A program made the position numbers and the translations under genes. Source: a virus. From it: a stretch of DNA of 64,000 bases. The stretch spans positions 14,963 through 78,962 of the IMG/VR virus record IMGVR_UViG_3300042878_001341; one strand, written 5' to 3'. The notes beneath the pieces are model-generated. The model was given only the letters and a program-made list of their open reading frames with translations, searched no databases and was not told where the DNA came from. Positions 21,567 through 32,708 of this stretch are shown piece after piece (within the stretch, counting starts at the first letter, position 1; each line of letters begins with the position of its first letter).

Positions 21567-23405
21567 ATGGCTGAGAAAAAAATATCCTACACAACCAGAG
21601 ATTTTCAGGGAATAAGAACTGAGTTAATAAACTTTACACGAACTTATTATCCTGATTTGGTACAAAACTTTAACGACGCTGGGGTTTTCTCAGTAATGTT
21701 AGATCTAAATGCTGCCGTTACAGATAACCTACAATTCAATATTGACAGAAGTATCCAAGAAACGGTATTACAATACGCTCAACAAAAATCTTCAGTATAT
21801 AATATCGCTAAGACTTACGGGTTAAAAATACCGGGTCAAAGACCTTCAGTGGCATTAGTTGATTTTTCAATAACGGTACCTGCATTTGGTGATAGAGAAG
21901 ATTTAAGATATTGTGGAATCCTAAGAAGAGGATCTCAAGTAAATGGTGCAGGACAACCATTTGAAACGGTTTACGACATTGATTTTGCATCTGCAATTAA
22001 TGCGGAGGGAACTTTAAATAGATTAAAAACTCCTAACTTTGATGCTAATGGTAAATTATTAAACTATACTATTACAAAAAGGGAAGTTGTTGTTAATGGA
22101 TTTACAAAAGTATTCAAAAGAGTTATAACTCCAAATGATGTTAAACCATTCTTTGAATTATTTTTACCTGAAAAAAATGTTTTAGGAATTACAAGTGTTA
22201 TTTTAAAAGATGGTACACAATATAACACAATACCAAACCCACAAGAATTTTTAGGTTTAGAAAATAGATGGTATGAAGTTAAGGCACTTGCTGAAGACAG
22301 AGTATTCATTGAGGACCCAACTAAAGTTTCTGACCAACCTGGTACAAAGGTTGGTAAATATATTTTAACCAATACTAAATTCACATCTGAATACACACCT
22401 GAAGGTTATTTGAAAATGACATTTGGTGGTGGTAATGTTTCTGCGGAAGAACAACTTAGAGATTTTGCAAGAACAGGAAAAGGATTTGATTTAAACAAAT
22501 ATTCAAATAACTTAGCATTAGGGGCGGCATTGAAATCAAACTCAACATTGTTCATTCAATATAGAGTTGGTGGTGGTCAAGCAACTAACTTAGGTATTAA
22601 TGTTATCAATCAAATTGGAACGGTTTCATTCTTTGTTAATGGTCCTTCAGAAAGTATTAACAGATCTGTAATCAATACGTTAAAATGTAATAATGTTACT
22701 GCGGCAATTGGAGGGGCAAACGCACCGACACTTGAAGAGGTTAGAAACTTAGTTTCATATAACTTCTCGGCACAAAACAGAGCGGTAACTATAAATGACT
22801 ACGAATCTATCATTAGAACAATGCCATCTCAGTTCGGGGCACCTGCAAAAGTTGCGATTACGGAAGAGAATAATATGATTAAGATAAAAATGTTATCTTA
22901 CGATACAAGTGGTAATTTAACCGACACTGTTTCTAATACATTAAAAACTAATGTCGCAAATTACCTTTCTAACTATAGAATGATTAATGATTATATTTCA
23001 ATTGAAAGTGCAAACCCAATTGACTTGGCAGTTAACGTTGATGTTGTGTTGGATGCTAGTCAAAACCAAGGCGCGATTGTATCTAAAATAATTGATATTA
23101 TAACGACATACTTTAGTCCTACAACAAGACAATTAGGTCAAAATGTTGTGGTATCTGAATTAAGAAGACTAATCCAAGCTGAAAATGGGGTTGTAAGTAT
23201 TTCTGATATGGAATTCTTTAATAAGGTTGGAGGTCAGTATTCTTCAAATCAAACATCTCAAAAATATTCAGATCCGGCAACTAAACAAATCCAATTAATT
23301 GCCGATACAATTTTTGCTGAACCTACTCAAATTTATCAAATTAGATACCCAAACAAAGACATTAATGTAAGGGTTATCAATTTAAGTACGGTTAATTTCT
23401 CCTGA
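21567..23405 (+). CDS. Baseplate wedge gp6/gpJ-like protein
   Basis: YTTRDFQGIR, FGGG, YRVGGG, AIGGA, QNRAVTINDY motifs. Confidence 0.9.
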   Translation: MAEKKISYTTRDFQGIRTELINFTRTYYPDLVQNFNDAGVFSVMLDLNAAVTDNLQFNIDRSIQETVLQYAQQKSSVYNIAKTYGLKIPGQRPSVALVDFSITVPAFGDREDLRYCGILRRGSQVNGAGQPFETVYDIDFASAINAEGTLNRLKTPNFDANGKLLNYTITKREVVVNGFTKVFKRVITPNDVKPFFELFLPEKNVLGITSVILKDGTQYNTIPNPQEFLGLENRWYEVKALAEDRVFIEDPTKVSDQPGTKVGKYILTNTKFTSEYTPEGYLKMTFGGGNVSAEEQLRDFARTGKGFDLNKYSNNLALGAALKSNSTLFIQYRVGGGQATNLGINVINQIGTVSFFVNGPSESINRSVINTLKCNNVTAAIGGANAPTLEEVRNLVSYNFSAQNRAVTINDYESIIRTMPSQFGAPAKVAITEENNMIKIKMLSYDTSGNLTDTVSNTLKTNVANYLSNYRMINDYISIESANPIDLAVNVDVVLDASQNQGAIVSKIIDIITTYFSPTTRQLGQNVVVSELRRLIQAENGVVSISDMEFFNKVGGQYSSNQTSQKYSDPATKQIQLIADTIFAEPTQIYQIRYPNKDINVRVINLSTVNFS

Positions 23406-23477
23406 TAATTTATTTTTTTTTAATTAGAACTACTTTTTGAAAATAGGAACTAAACTATTTATCAAAAAAAGACTTTA

Positions 23478-26400
23478 ATGCCAAAATCATATAGAATAAG
23501 GACACAAGTAGGTGTTGACAAATATATCAACGTAAAGTTAGATCAAGATTTTGATTTCTTAGAAATACTATCTTTAAAAATTAATCAATCAGACCTTTAT
23601 ACAAAGGTGTGTTCTGACTATGGAGTTGTGGTTGGTAGAGTTGTAGTTAATGGTGGATTTGGTCTACCTAATGCAAAAGTTTCAATATTCATACCTCTAA
23701 CACCTGAGGATGAATTAAATCCTACTATTTCTGAGTTATATCCTTATAAAACATTATCAGATAATAATGAGGCGGGTTATAGATATAACCTTTTACCACA
23801 TGACCCGTCATATAGTGTTCATTCAGCAACAGGTACTTTCCCAAATAGAGAAGAAGTTTTAATAGATCAGACATATATTGAGGTTTACGACAAGTATTAT
23901 AAGTACACGGTTAAAACCAATGATAGTGGAGATTACATGATTTTTGGTGTTCCAATCGGAACTCAAAATGTTTTTATGGATGTTGATTTATCTGATATTG
24001 GATGTTTTTCTTTAACACCACAAGATTTGATTAATGCGGGACAAGCAACAGAAACTCAAGTTAATGGGTCAACATTTAAAAAATCAACAAATCTAAGTGA
24101 ATTACCACAGATTAAGACATTAAATAAGAATGTTGATATTTCACCACTTTGGGGTCAAGAAGACATTTGTCAAATAGGTATAACGAGAGTTGATTTTGAC
24201 TTAACTAATGAAGCGAATGTGACCATTAGACCTAACGCTATATTGATGGGGTCTATAATATCCACAACAAATGAGGATGCACTTAAAACAAGTTGTAAAC
24301 CAAAAAATAATACAGGTAATTTATGTGAGTTAATTGCGGGACCTGGCCAAATATTATCTATTAGACAAACAATTTATCCTGATAAAAATAATTTCCCTGT
24401 TCTTGAAGAACATAAGTTTGAACAAGATGGAAAGATTATAGATGGGGATGGTTCATTTTTGGCGAATGTACCAATGAATTTGGATTACATAATTACTAAT
24501 GAATTTGGTGAACAAGTTATATCAAATGACCCAACAAAAGGAATACCAACAAAAGGTAGATATCGTTTTAAATTCAAATGGAATAATGAAGGTGGGTTAC
24601 AGAATGAGTTTCAAAGAGCAAATTTCTTAGTACCTAATATTAAAGAACACGGATGGGTATCAAGTTCAACGGATCCTTTTGATCCAAACTCAACTACACC
24701 GTTTTCTATTATAATGCTATCAACATTTCCCGTTAATCCACCACAATACACTGGATCAACAACGGCAGCGTCAAATGGGGGTCTTTTATTTGAGGACTCT
24801 GTTAATAGTAAAAACTTTACAATTTATATTGATGATGGTAGTGGTCCACAACCATATTATGGTGATATAAGTGTGATACCTGTAAATGCGGGTGATATTG
24901 TTTTAGCGGTTTCAGAACCAATAGATAACACTCAACAACAAGAAGTTAATTTTACTTTTTATCCTCAGAATTATTTTGACTTATTAAGATCGTATAGTTT
25001 TAGTTTAGATTGGGATGATTATGTGGATCCTCTATCTGCAATCAATTGTGAAGATACGTTCTATGAAATGAACTACAATAAAGTTTATACGACGGCAATG
25101 TTCCTTGATAGATACAAAAATGGTGTGTCAAGGGCAAGACATTTGGGTATTAAAGAAATTGATAACAGAACTTGTAAGTCAACGGTAAATACGTTTCCAT
25201 CTAATGATATTATTAGAAATTTTGATATCATATTTTTTATATTTAACATACTAATTAACGTTTTAACGTTTCCTTTATTAGTATTACTATTTGTTGCTCA
25301 CTTCATAGCGTGGGCATGGCCTGTTTTAAAGTACTTATTAATCGTTTTAGGGATATATTTCGCGTATGACGCAATAAGGGATATGATCGATTGGATTAAC
25401 TCCTTAATTGAGGTATTTGCATTTGCACCATTAGGTGGTCCTGTAATTAATTTTGGTTTGATTTTAAGAATAGCGGCACAAGCACTATCTTTCATATTTA
25501 GATTAGCCTTATCAATCGCGTTCATTATATTTACGGTTAAATTCTTACTTAAAATTAAGAATTTTCCAAGGATAGGATTACCAATGATATCTTATCCTGA
25601 GTGTACAAGTTGTGATTGTGATTGTGGTCCTGCAACTTTAGAGGATGATATTGATGCTAATTCAGTAAATGATCAAATAGCGGCTCAACAATCAAATGAT
25701 GGTGTTAATGTTTATCTTGGACAAGCGAATGGGTTTTTGGCTCCTGTTAATGTTCCTGGTTCATATGATGTTATTCATCCTAATAATCAAAATAATCCAA
25801 TTGAGGATCAAGAAGATTTAAAGAAAGGTCCATTTTGGAATGGAGCTTGTCTTGATGGAGTAACCGATTCTTGTGACGGTGATTGTAAAGTACCATCATT
25901 AATTACCGCAGCAATGAATCAAGATATAACTCCTGAAGTTGCGGCAAGAGGTATAATAGACTATCAAAGGATGTTTTCAGGTTACGATATTATACAATCA
26001 TCGGGAACGGTAGGTGATGATATTATTTATGGTGATGAATTTGCGTTGTATCACGCTCCACAACCATTCCTATTTGCCGCTTGGGATGATGGGGGAAGAG
26101 ACCCAAGAGACTGGGGGTTCCCAACAAAAGAGACTTTTCCTCAAAAATTAAATGAATTTAATGTAAGAAAAAAATATTTTGATGGAGTTAATAAAATTAA
26201 AACTTATGTTAACGAATCTTTAGGTAGTGAACCTTTTGAGGATCAAATTGTGGTTGTTTTAGCCAACCCAGGAACAAAAGATCAAATGCAAGTTGGAAAA
26301 CCTATAAGTTTTAACAATCCTTTAACGTCAAATGGTTATGTTAATATCACGGGTGGAACATTAAATGAATTTGGTAATAATGCAATTACAGGTACAACAA

Positions 26401-28952
26401 CAACAGGAACAACATCAATAGTTGTTGAATGGGCTGACCCATCAAACATCAATAACCCAAATCCTAACCAATCAAATGTTATTATTACTCAACCTGTGAT
26501 TTCAAATGTTCCATCATCAACCGCTGGTGATGAAGTTGGATACTTACAATACCCCACAGATGTGGAATATTATCAAATGATAACGGGTATGACCGTAATC
26601 AATTTCTTGGCGTTATGTGGGTCTAGCTCAGGTACTTTCCCAACGAGTGCATTTTTAAGACATAGAATAGAATTTGTATATTGTTGTGACGGTAGTTATA
26701 ATACTTATGATGCTGGACAAGCTTTAGGACAAATGACAAACTATGAAAATTTTGAAATTATTATTTTAAACAGAGGGGTTGACGTTCATACTGCACCACA
26801 AAAAATAAAATACGATTTATCAAGAATATTTGGTAAATCATATGGTAATGTTATTACTGATGAGGGTGATTTTTATTTAAATGTACCTATACAACCAACA
26901 GGATTAAAACCTGCAACTCATAACACATCTACAAACTCGGCAACTAATCTTTATTTTCCATCATATAACTTTAACATAGGACCTGCGGATGGTTCTAACC
27001 CTAATTACACTGCTTTTACTTCGGATTATCCTTATTATTATTTATCTACAGATGATCTTAGTGTAGTTGCCGATTACCAACCCTATACTTCATGGCAATT
27101 TATTGGGTCTTCTTCATTAACTAGTACTCCAAGAACAATATTATCAAATAATGATTACACATTACCAAGACAACAAAGTGATTATATTGGTGGTGGGACA
27201 TTTATAGCCTCTATAAGTAACGGTTCATATCCAAATTGTGATAATGATAGTCATAATGGAGTTACTCCTAATGATGGAGATGCCGCTAAAGGAGAAATAG
27301 GAGTGCCTCCACCTCAATTAAATGCGTTGTATTCTCCTGCATATTATAGATATGGTTTACCTGGAGTTAATTTTAATGATAAAACTAAGATGGTTATGAG
27401 AAGTGACCGTTTACCAACATCTACAAAAACTGAAGATGGCCCTGGATCTTATAAAACTGGTTATGCGTTACACCAAAATAATAATTTCACATTCTATACT
27501 GCTGATGGAACTGCCTCAACATCTGGAACAAATTTAGAGTCTGATTTGGCTTCAGGTAACCAACTTGATTTACCTGATAATATTGGATCAATTACATCTA
27601 CGTTAACTTGTGATAATATGGTTTCGTTACAATGTTATCAAGGTTCGGGTAATGACGTGACAGTTATACCTCCTGATCAGTGTATTGTACCTGAAAATAG
27701 AGTTAAAAAAGGATGTTATTGTTTATTAAATAAAAAGTACCTTACAGAATATGATGAAGACGTAAAACTATTCTTAGAGTGGAAAACAAGGTTTACAATT
27801 ACCTTTGCTGCTTGTCGTGGAGTGTTTGCTCAGGTCTTCCAAAACAATTGGATAAACGGAGTTTTATATATGTATGCGTTCAATAAAACATCAACATATA
27901 CAATACAAGATCCTAATACTCCTACTTATAATTATTGTGATGATGTAATCATTTTTAATGAATTAAATAATGGGTTTTATTATAGATCGTCACCATGGAA
28001 AGAAAGTTCACAACAATTTATTGGTAAAAATAAACCTTTGATTAATCCAAATTGGCCATCATCAATAGTTAATGGATATCCAGGGTTAGGTTATAATGAA
28101 AAACAAATTCAATTCCCAACAACAATTGCGGATTTAGGACCAAGAGATCAATTCATTACTGAAATATGTAATAACTCAAATTTTAATGGTTATTTGGTTG
28201 ATCAAGTCAAATCAACCTCATATCAAGATACGTCTGATTTAATACAGGTTGGATTTTTATCAAGATTACTAAATGATACGTTTAGACAGGCTATATTACC
28301 TATATCAAGTGGTGGGGGTAATACGGAAGGAAAAGGTATAATCCAATTCTTTAATAGTGGTAGAAAAGGAGATAGAATTGATGGTGATTTTGCTCAAGCT
28401 CTATCAATAAATTCTGAATGGAAAATGAATCCGTTTATATTTGAAAATTACCCTAACCCAGATTCAATTTATTTTGGAAATGACAATCAGTCTCCTGCAA
28501 GACCTGTTTTTGGAATTTTATTTGAAACTCCAACCGAGGAGTATAAATATAGAAGAAGGTTTACTCCTGGTGTTGAAACATATAGTCAATCACCATTAAT
28601 ACAAGATTATTATGGGTATCCAAAAACTCAAGATGTACCACATTATCAATGGATAATAGATTCATCACCAAATATATTTGGTTCTGAAAATAATAATTGG
28701 TATACGGGTGGTCCTCAATTTTTCCATAAGGGATATCAAAATTTGGATTTCAATGTTGATCCATATTTCCAATCTTCAACAACTAAATTGGGTATGATAA
28801 CTAATTTTGATGTTAGTGGACAACCATTACCAACACCACAAGTATCGTCACAAGTTATAGTTGGGGCACCATTCCATTTTTATTTTGGATTAAATAATGG
28901 TAAAACCGCAATTGATAAATTTGTTAAATTATATGTAAATAACGAGGGATAA
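23478..28952 (+). CDS. 1824-aa structural protein: N-terminal carboxypeptidase-regulatory-like beta domain, internal hydrophobic helices, Cys-rich segments
   Basis: YGVVVGRV..LPNAKVSIF..TNDSGDYMIFGVP; ~110-aa hydrophobic block; preceded by TATTTAT at 23456; follows gp6. Confidence 0.6.
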   Translation: MPKSYRIRTQVGVDKYINVKLDQDFDFLEILSLKINQSDLYTKVCSDYGVVVGRVVVNGGFGLPNAKVSIFIPLTPEDELNPTISELYPYKTLSDNNEAGYRYNLLPHDPSYSVHSATGTFPNREEVLIDQTYIEVYDKYYKYTVKTNDSGDYMIFGVPIGTQNVFMDVDLSDIGCFSLTPQDLINAGQATETQVNGSTFKKSTNLSELPQIKTLNKNVDISPLWGQEDICQIGITRVDFDLTNEANVTIRPNAILMGSIISTTNEDALKTSCKPKNNTGNLCELIAGPGQILSIRQTIYPDKNNFPVLEEHKFEQDGKIIDGDGSFLANVPMNLDYIITNEFGEQVISNDPTKGIPTKGRYRFKFKWNNEGGLQNEFQRANFLVPNIKEHGWVSSSTDPFDPNSTTPFSIIMLSTFPVNPPQYTGSTTAASNGGLLFEDSVNSKNFTIYIDDGSGPQPYYGDISVIPVNAGDIVLAVSEPIDNTQQQEVNFTFYPQNYFDLLRSYSFSLDWDDYVDPLSAINCEDTFYEMNYNKVYTTAMFLDRYKNGVSRARHLGIKEIDNRTCKSTVNTFPSNDIIRNFDIIFFIFNILINVLTFPLLVLLFVAHFIAWAWPVLKYLLIVLGIYFAYDAIRDMIDWINSLIEVFAFAPLGGPVINFGLILRIAAQALSFIFRLALSIAFIIFTVKFLLKIKNFPRIGLPMISYPECTSCDCDCGPATLEDDIDANSVNDQIAAQQSNDGVNVYLGQANGFLAPVNVPGSYDVIHPNNQNNPIEDQEDLKKGPFWNGACLDGVTDSCDGDCKVPSLITAAMNQDITPEVAARGIIDYQRMFSGYDIIQSSGTVGDDIIYGDEFALYHAPQPFLFAAWDDGGRDPRDWGFPTKETFPQKLNEFNVRKKYFDGVNKIKTYVNESLGSEPFEDQIVVVLANPGTKDQMQVGKPISFNNPLTSNGYVNITGGTLNEFGNNAITGTTTTGTTSIVVEWADPSNINNPNPNQSNVIITQPVISNVPSSTAGDEVGYLQYPTDVEYYQMITGMTVINFLALCGSSSGTFPTSAFLRHRIEFVYCCDGSYNTYDAGQALGQMTNYENFEIIILNRGVDVHTAPQKIKYDLSRIFGKSYGNVITDEGDFYLNVPIQPTGLKPATHNTSTNSATNLYFPSYNFNIGPADGSNPNYTAFTSDYPYYYLSTDDLSVVADYQPYTSWQFIGSSSLTSTPRTILSNNDYTLPRQQSDYIGGGTFIASISNGSYPNCDNDSHNGVTPNDGDAAKGEIGVPPPQLNALYSPAYYRYGLPGVNFNDKTKMVMRSDRLPTSTKTEDGPGSYKTGYALHQNNNFTFYTADGTASTSGTNLESDLASGNQLDLPDNIGSITSTLTCDNMVSLQCYQGSGNDVTVIPPDQCIVPENRVKKGCYCLLNKKYLTEYDEDVKLFLEWKTRFTITFAACRGVFAQVFQNNWINGVLYMYAFNKTSTYTIQDPNTPTYNYCDDVIIFNELNNGFYYRSSPWKESSQQFIGKNKPLINPNWPSSIVNGYPGLGYNEKQIQFPTTIADLGPRDQFITEICNNSNFNGYLVDQVKSTSYQDTSDLIQVGFLSRLLNDTFRQAILPISSGGGNTEGKGIIQFFNSGRKGDRIDGDFAQALSINSEWKMNPFIFENYPNPDSIYFGNDNQSPARPVFGILFETPTEEYKYRRRFTPGVETYSQSPLIQDYYGYPKTQDVPHYQWIIDSSPNIFGSENNNWYTGGPQFFHKGYQNLDFNVDPYFQSSTTKLGMITNFDVSGQPLPTPQVSSQVIVGAPFHFYFGLNNGKTAIDKFVKLYVNNEG

Positions 28953-28953
28953 G

Positions 28954-30687
28954 ATGATAGATAACTCAACAAATATTGTATTAGGAAGTTTAAGGTATAA
29001 GGGATCAAGTGATACTAATCTTTTTATCAACGTCCCATTGGAACAAACGGAAAAAGAAATTGTTGAATTTGACAGAAATGTTGATTTAAGTTTACAAAAA
29101 GTTTTTGACGATGAAAGACAATTATCTACAATTTTCAGACCTGTCACTAAATACACATTCATATTTAAAAATGAATATACGGGGTCAACAAACTATGTAC
29201 CATATAGAAATAATTTATATTACACAAATGAGTTAAGTAATGCAATTTCTTACGCAACAAATCCGAATACATCTTGGGATGGTTATCCTCAGTATTGTGA
29301 ATTTGATTTTATTAGAGTTGATAATGATGTGGTAGGTTATACAAAACCACCAAATAATCATATAACATTTATTAATAAAAGTGCTTCCACATATAATTGG
29401 ACACATTATATGAGTTATGGTTATAGTAACGATTATACTAAACCATTATTTGCGATTGATAGTGAGACTAATGTATCTTGGTTTTGGTCGGCATCAGATG
29501 GTATACCATTTACAATAACATCAGGTAGTGATGATAATGGTAATTATATTAATTTTAAATGTCCTGTGAAACATGGGTTATTAACGGGAGAGTTTGTTGA
29601 ATTTCCATTTGATTACAATGGGGAGAACATTTTCCAAGTTAATGGACTTGGCGATTCAGGGTTCGGTAGTGAGGCATATATCTTTAAAATTTATAATGTT
29701 GGATTTACAGGTACCACGTTTCAAAACGGAATCACAAGTACATTTAGAAGAATAATAAATAAAAGTAATAGTGGGGAGACCAGATCAGAATATTATGTGA
29801 GGGTACATAAAATATTAACAAATTCTGATTGTGCTATATTAATAAAGTCGGGATTTGAACAAAACATATTTGAGTCAAAATCAAAATTTGAAAAAGATGT
29901 TTTAAGTCCTAATAATGTGAATAGAACCTCAATTAAAGAAGGTAATCAATCATATACTTTATCGTTTAATTGTGATATTGATATTAGACCGTTACGTGAT
30001 AATCAAAATAGACCTATATCTGAATTATTTTTTACTACGATATGGAAAGGTTATTTTGGATGGACTAAAGGTATGAAACAAGGGTGGGGATTTAACCAAC
30101 CTTTAGATAATGGGTTACCAAATTCATGGTGGGATCAAGGTAATTTCTTATCAAATACAAGTATTACTCAAGGTCAATATAATTCCAATACTTTACCACC
30201 TGTTGGACCATTTTACTATAATAATGATTTAATAACTGGTGATACAATTGATGGTGATTTTTGTGAATGGAATGATTTTGACCAAAATGAAAGAGTAATA
30301 TCAAGATATGTTCACAAAATAGTTTATAACGATTTAAAGTTTAATATAGTAACGGACGCTCAACCAACAAATGAGTTTGGTTACTACTATAACCCACATA
30401 ACCCAATTGTAATTAGAAGATATTCCGATTATATTGAAGAGGCGGATAGTAATTTAATTTTAGATATTCCCGATTATTCATTTTACTCTAACCTATCAAA
30501 TAGTTTTAGATGGAGAGATTTATATACTTATGGTTATATAGATAATAATGGTATTGGGGTTAATTATCCATTTATGAATGGGAAACATTACCCATTTGTC
30601 AATACGATTTTTAGATTAACTCCTGAAGGTATAGGTGTACAAAACATAAACAATATTGCAGAACCTATAATAGATGAGTGTGAATAA
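28954..30687 (+). CDS. Putative baseplate/tail structural protein
   Basis: 577-aa aromatic/Asn-rich ORF tightly coupled within the structural operon. Confidence 0.6.
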   Translation: MIDNSTNIVLGSLRYKGSSDTNLFINVPLEQTEKEIVEFDRNVDLSLQKVFDDERQLSTIFRPVTKYTFIFKNEYTGSTNYVPYRNNLYYTNELSNAISYATNPNTSWDGYPQYCEFDFIRVDNDVVGYTKPPNNHITFINKSASTYNWTHYMSYGYSNDYTKPLFAIDSETNVSWFWSASDGIPFTITSGSDDNGNYINFKCPVKHGLLTGEFVEFPFDYNGENIFQVNGLGDSGFGSEAYIFKIYNVGFTGTTFQNGITSTFRRIINKSNSGETRSEYYVRVHKILTNSDCAILIKSGFEQNIFESKSKFEKDVLSPNNVNRTSIKEGNQSYTLSFNCDIDIRPLRDNQNRPISELFFTTIWKGYFGWTKGMKQGWGFNQPLDNGLPNSWWDQGNFLSNTSITQGQYNSNTLPPVGPFYYNNDLITGDTIDGDFCEWNDFDQNERVISRYVHKIVYNDLKFNIVTDAQPTNEFGYYYNPHNPIVIRRYSDYIEEADSNLILDIPDYSFYSNLSNSFRWRDLYTYGYIDNNGIGVNYPFMNGKHYPFVNTIFRLTPEGIGVQNINNIAEPIIDECE

Positions 30688-31483
30688 AATTAAAATATTA
30701 AGACCAATTAATGATCAGTATGTAGATATTCCTATTGAAATGAAATGGGATTTTACGGGTAGAGATGATAGTATTTTGGAATATCAAGATGAGATGGTGA
30801 AAGAAATTGTGGGTTCACCAAATGATTTTGAAATAAGTCGTTTCTCAAATAATTCAGATCAAAATGGTAATACTGACATTAATTATGAATTTTATTTTTA
30901 TGATAATGTATTACCTATAACTGCAAATACTGTCACTCAGTCAAATTGGGGTATATCTTATATAAATGAAGGTTTTACTAATGAGGAGGTTTATTATTAC
31001 ACCAAACCTTTTACCAAATCATTCTTTAAGTTGGACTTTTATGACACGACAGATGAGAAGACTCAACAGATTTATTTTACGATAATTCTACCTGTACAAC
31101 AAGGTGATTTTATGAGTGTTAGTTTAAATGCTTTATTACCAAATGTTGACATTAGAAAACCAAAATTCAAGTTGGACTATATTGGAGATAAAGAAGGGTT
31201 TTTTATCTATTGGTTAAGAGAACGAGATTTTTATGATATTAGTGAATTTTATATGTCGGGTAAATTCTTTGATGCAAAGTTAGGTGTCTACGCGATAATG
31301 ACCAATACACCACAACCAATAATCACTCCCAATAAATTTAATTTTTTACCTGAAGACTATTTTTATTACAAAGTAAACTTAGATTATAATAACAAGACAT
31401 ACGAGGTATCATCCACTTCAACCACATTACGTGTTGGAAATGTGTTGACACCAATAAAATGGTATGAATATGTAAACCCATAA
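30674..31483 (+). CDS. Putative structural protein
   Basis: 269-aa ORF overlapping both neighbours; SFFKLDFYDT motif. Confidence 0.6.
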   Translation: MSVNKIKILRPINDQYVDIPIEMKWDFTGRDDSILEYQDEMVKEIVGSPNDFEISRFSNNSDQNGNTDINYEFYFYDNVLPITANTVTQSNWGISYINEGFTNEEVYYYTKPFTKSFFKLDFYDTTDEKTQQIYFTIILPVQQGDFMSVSLNALLPNVDIRKPKFKLDYIGDKEGFFIYWLRERDFYDISEFYMSGKFFDAKLGVYAIMTNTPQPIITPNKFNFLPEDYFYYKVNLDYNNKTYEVSSTSTTLRVGNVLTPIKWYEYVNP

Positions 31484-32661
31484 TGGAAGAACAAAAATAT
31501 TACTTTAAAATATCTCCTGAAAATGTTTTCGGGGACCTTAGATTAGTTCAATATACTGGTGGTACTGATGTGTATGATACTACCGATCCTTGTTGTCCTA
31601 TATTGACAGGTGAAACAACTGTCACGGGTGTTGATTATATCGGAGTTTATACTGGTATGTCTTATGTGTTATCAGGAGGAACAAATGGGGACTCGTTATT
31701 AACGGGATTAACAATACCTATTATGATTACTCAAACCGCAGTTGATATGGGGTATTATTCTGTATTTGACGGTGCGGTTTTACAAAAAGATGTTATTAAT
31801 AATTTCTTGTTTTCAGCAACAACAGGTAGTCCATACACTTACTATTTCTACAATACATCGGATACTGAATTAATTAAATTTTTGTCGTTGGTAACATATG
31901 TTGTGGATTGGGGAGATGGATCACCAACTGTAACATTAACAAATACGTCACCAATATCACATAACTACCCAACATCTAATAGTGAGTATCAAATCACTAT
32001 GACCGCTACATCACCATGGGGTATATCAAAAATAACAAAAACTATTACGACACCATTTGATGATGTTATAATATCAAACCCTAATGGTATTGCTACATTT
32101 ACACCTGCGGGTGGTAATTGGAGTGCAACCTCATTCAATTATGATTATATCTTTAGTGGGGATTCAAATACGGACATAAATGATTTCTTTAGTTACAATT
32201 ACACTACCATACCATTCTTAATAACAGGATATACCGAATCAACAATAAATGATTTGGCTCAGTATGGTCCAAAAAGTAATCTTTATGGTGGTAAATTTAA
32301 AATAGGTGTACAGGTAACAGGTACTACAGGTAGTGTCGGTACCGTATGGGGACCTGACCCAGATGGGTTGTATATTGCTTACACAGTAAATCAAATTGAT
32401 TATTTTGATTATGAGGACTTTACTCTTTTTATGGTTTATTCATCTGGGTTAACAGAAAATGATATTATAATGACAGGTTTAACTAAAAATGAAGCCTTAA
32501 TAAATGTTATTGATCAACCTGAAGTGCAGACAGATATTTTTATTGAAAGAGGTAAAAACTCGGCGTTAGAATATATTGATAGACTTGGTGAAGTTGATAA
32601 TGTTGGGGATTTGGAAAAATACGGATATGGATTTTTTAATGTCAAAAAAGATCTTAGTTAA
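31483..32661 (+). CDS. Structural protein with PKD-like Ig domain
   Basis: YVVDWGDGS..SHNY..YQITMT is a PKD-like signature. Confidence 0.6.
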   Translation: MEEQKYYFKISPENVFGDLRLVQYTGGTDVYDTTDPCCPILTGETTVTGVDYIGVYTGMSYVLSGGTNGDSLLTGLTIPIMITQTAVDMGYYSVFDGAVLQKDVINNFLFSATTGSPYTYYFYNTSDTELIKFLSLVTYVVDWGDGSPTVTLTNTSPISHNYPTSNSEYQITMTATSPWGISKITKTITTPFDDVIISNPNGIATFTPAGGNWSATSFNYDYIFSGDSNTDINDFFSYNYTTIPFLITGYTESTINDLAQYGPKSNLYGGKFKIGVQVTGTTGSVGTVWGPDPDGLYIAYTVNQIDYFDYEDFTLFMVYSSGLTENDIIMTGLTKNEALINVIDQPEVQTDIFIERGKNSALEYIDRLGEVDNVGDLEKYGYGFFNVKKDLS

Positions 32662-32708
32662 GTATTTATTAGATGAGTAAAAATAAACTAAAAATAAATT
32701 AAATTCTT

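Noticed and set aside
32673-32696. 7-codon ORF MSKNKLK right after TATTTAT
   Set aside because: Too short to support; expected by chance in A-rich sequence.
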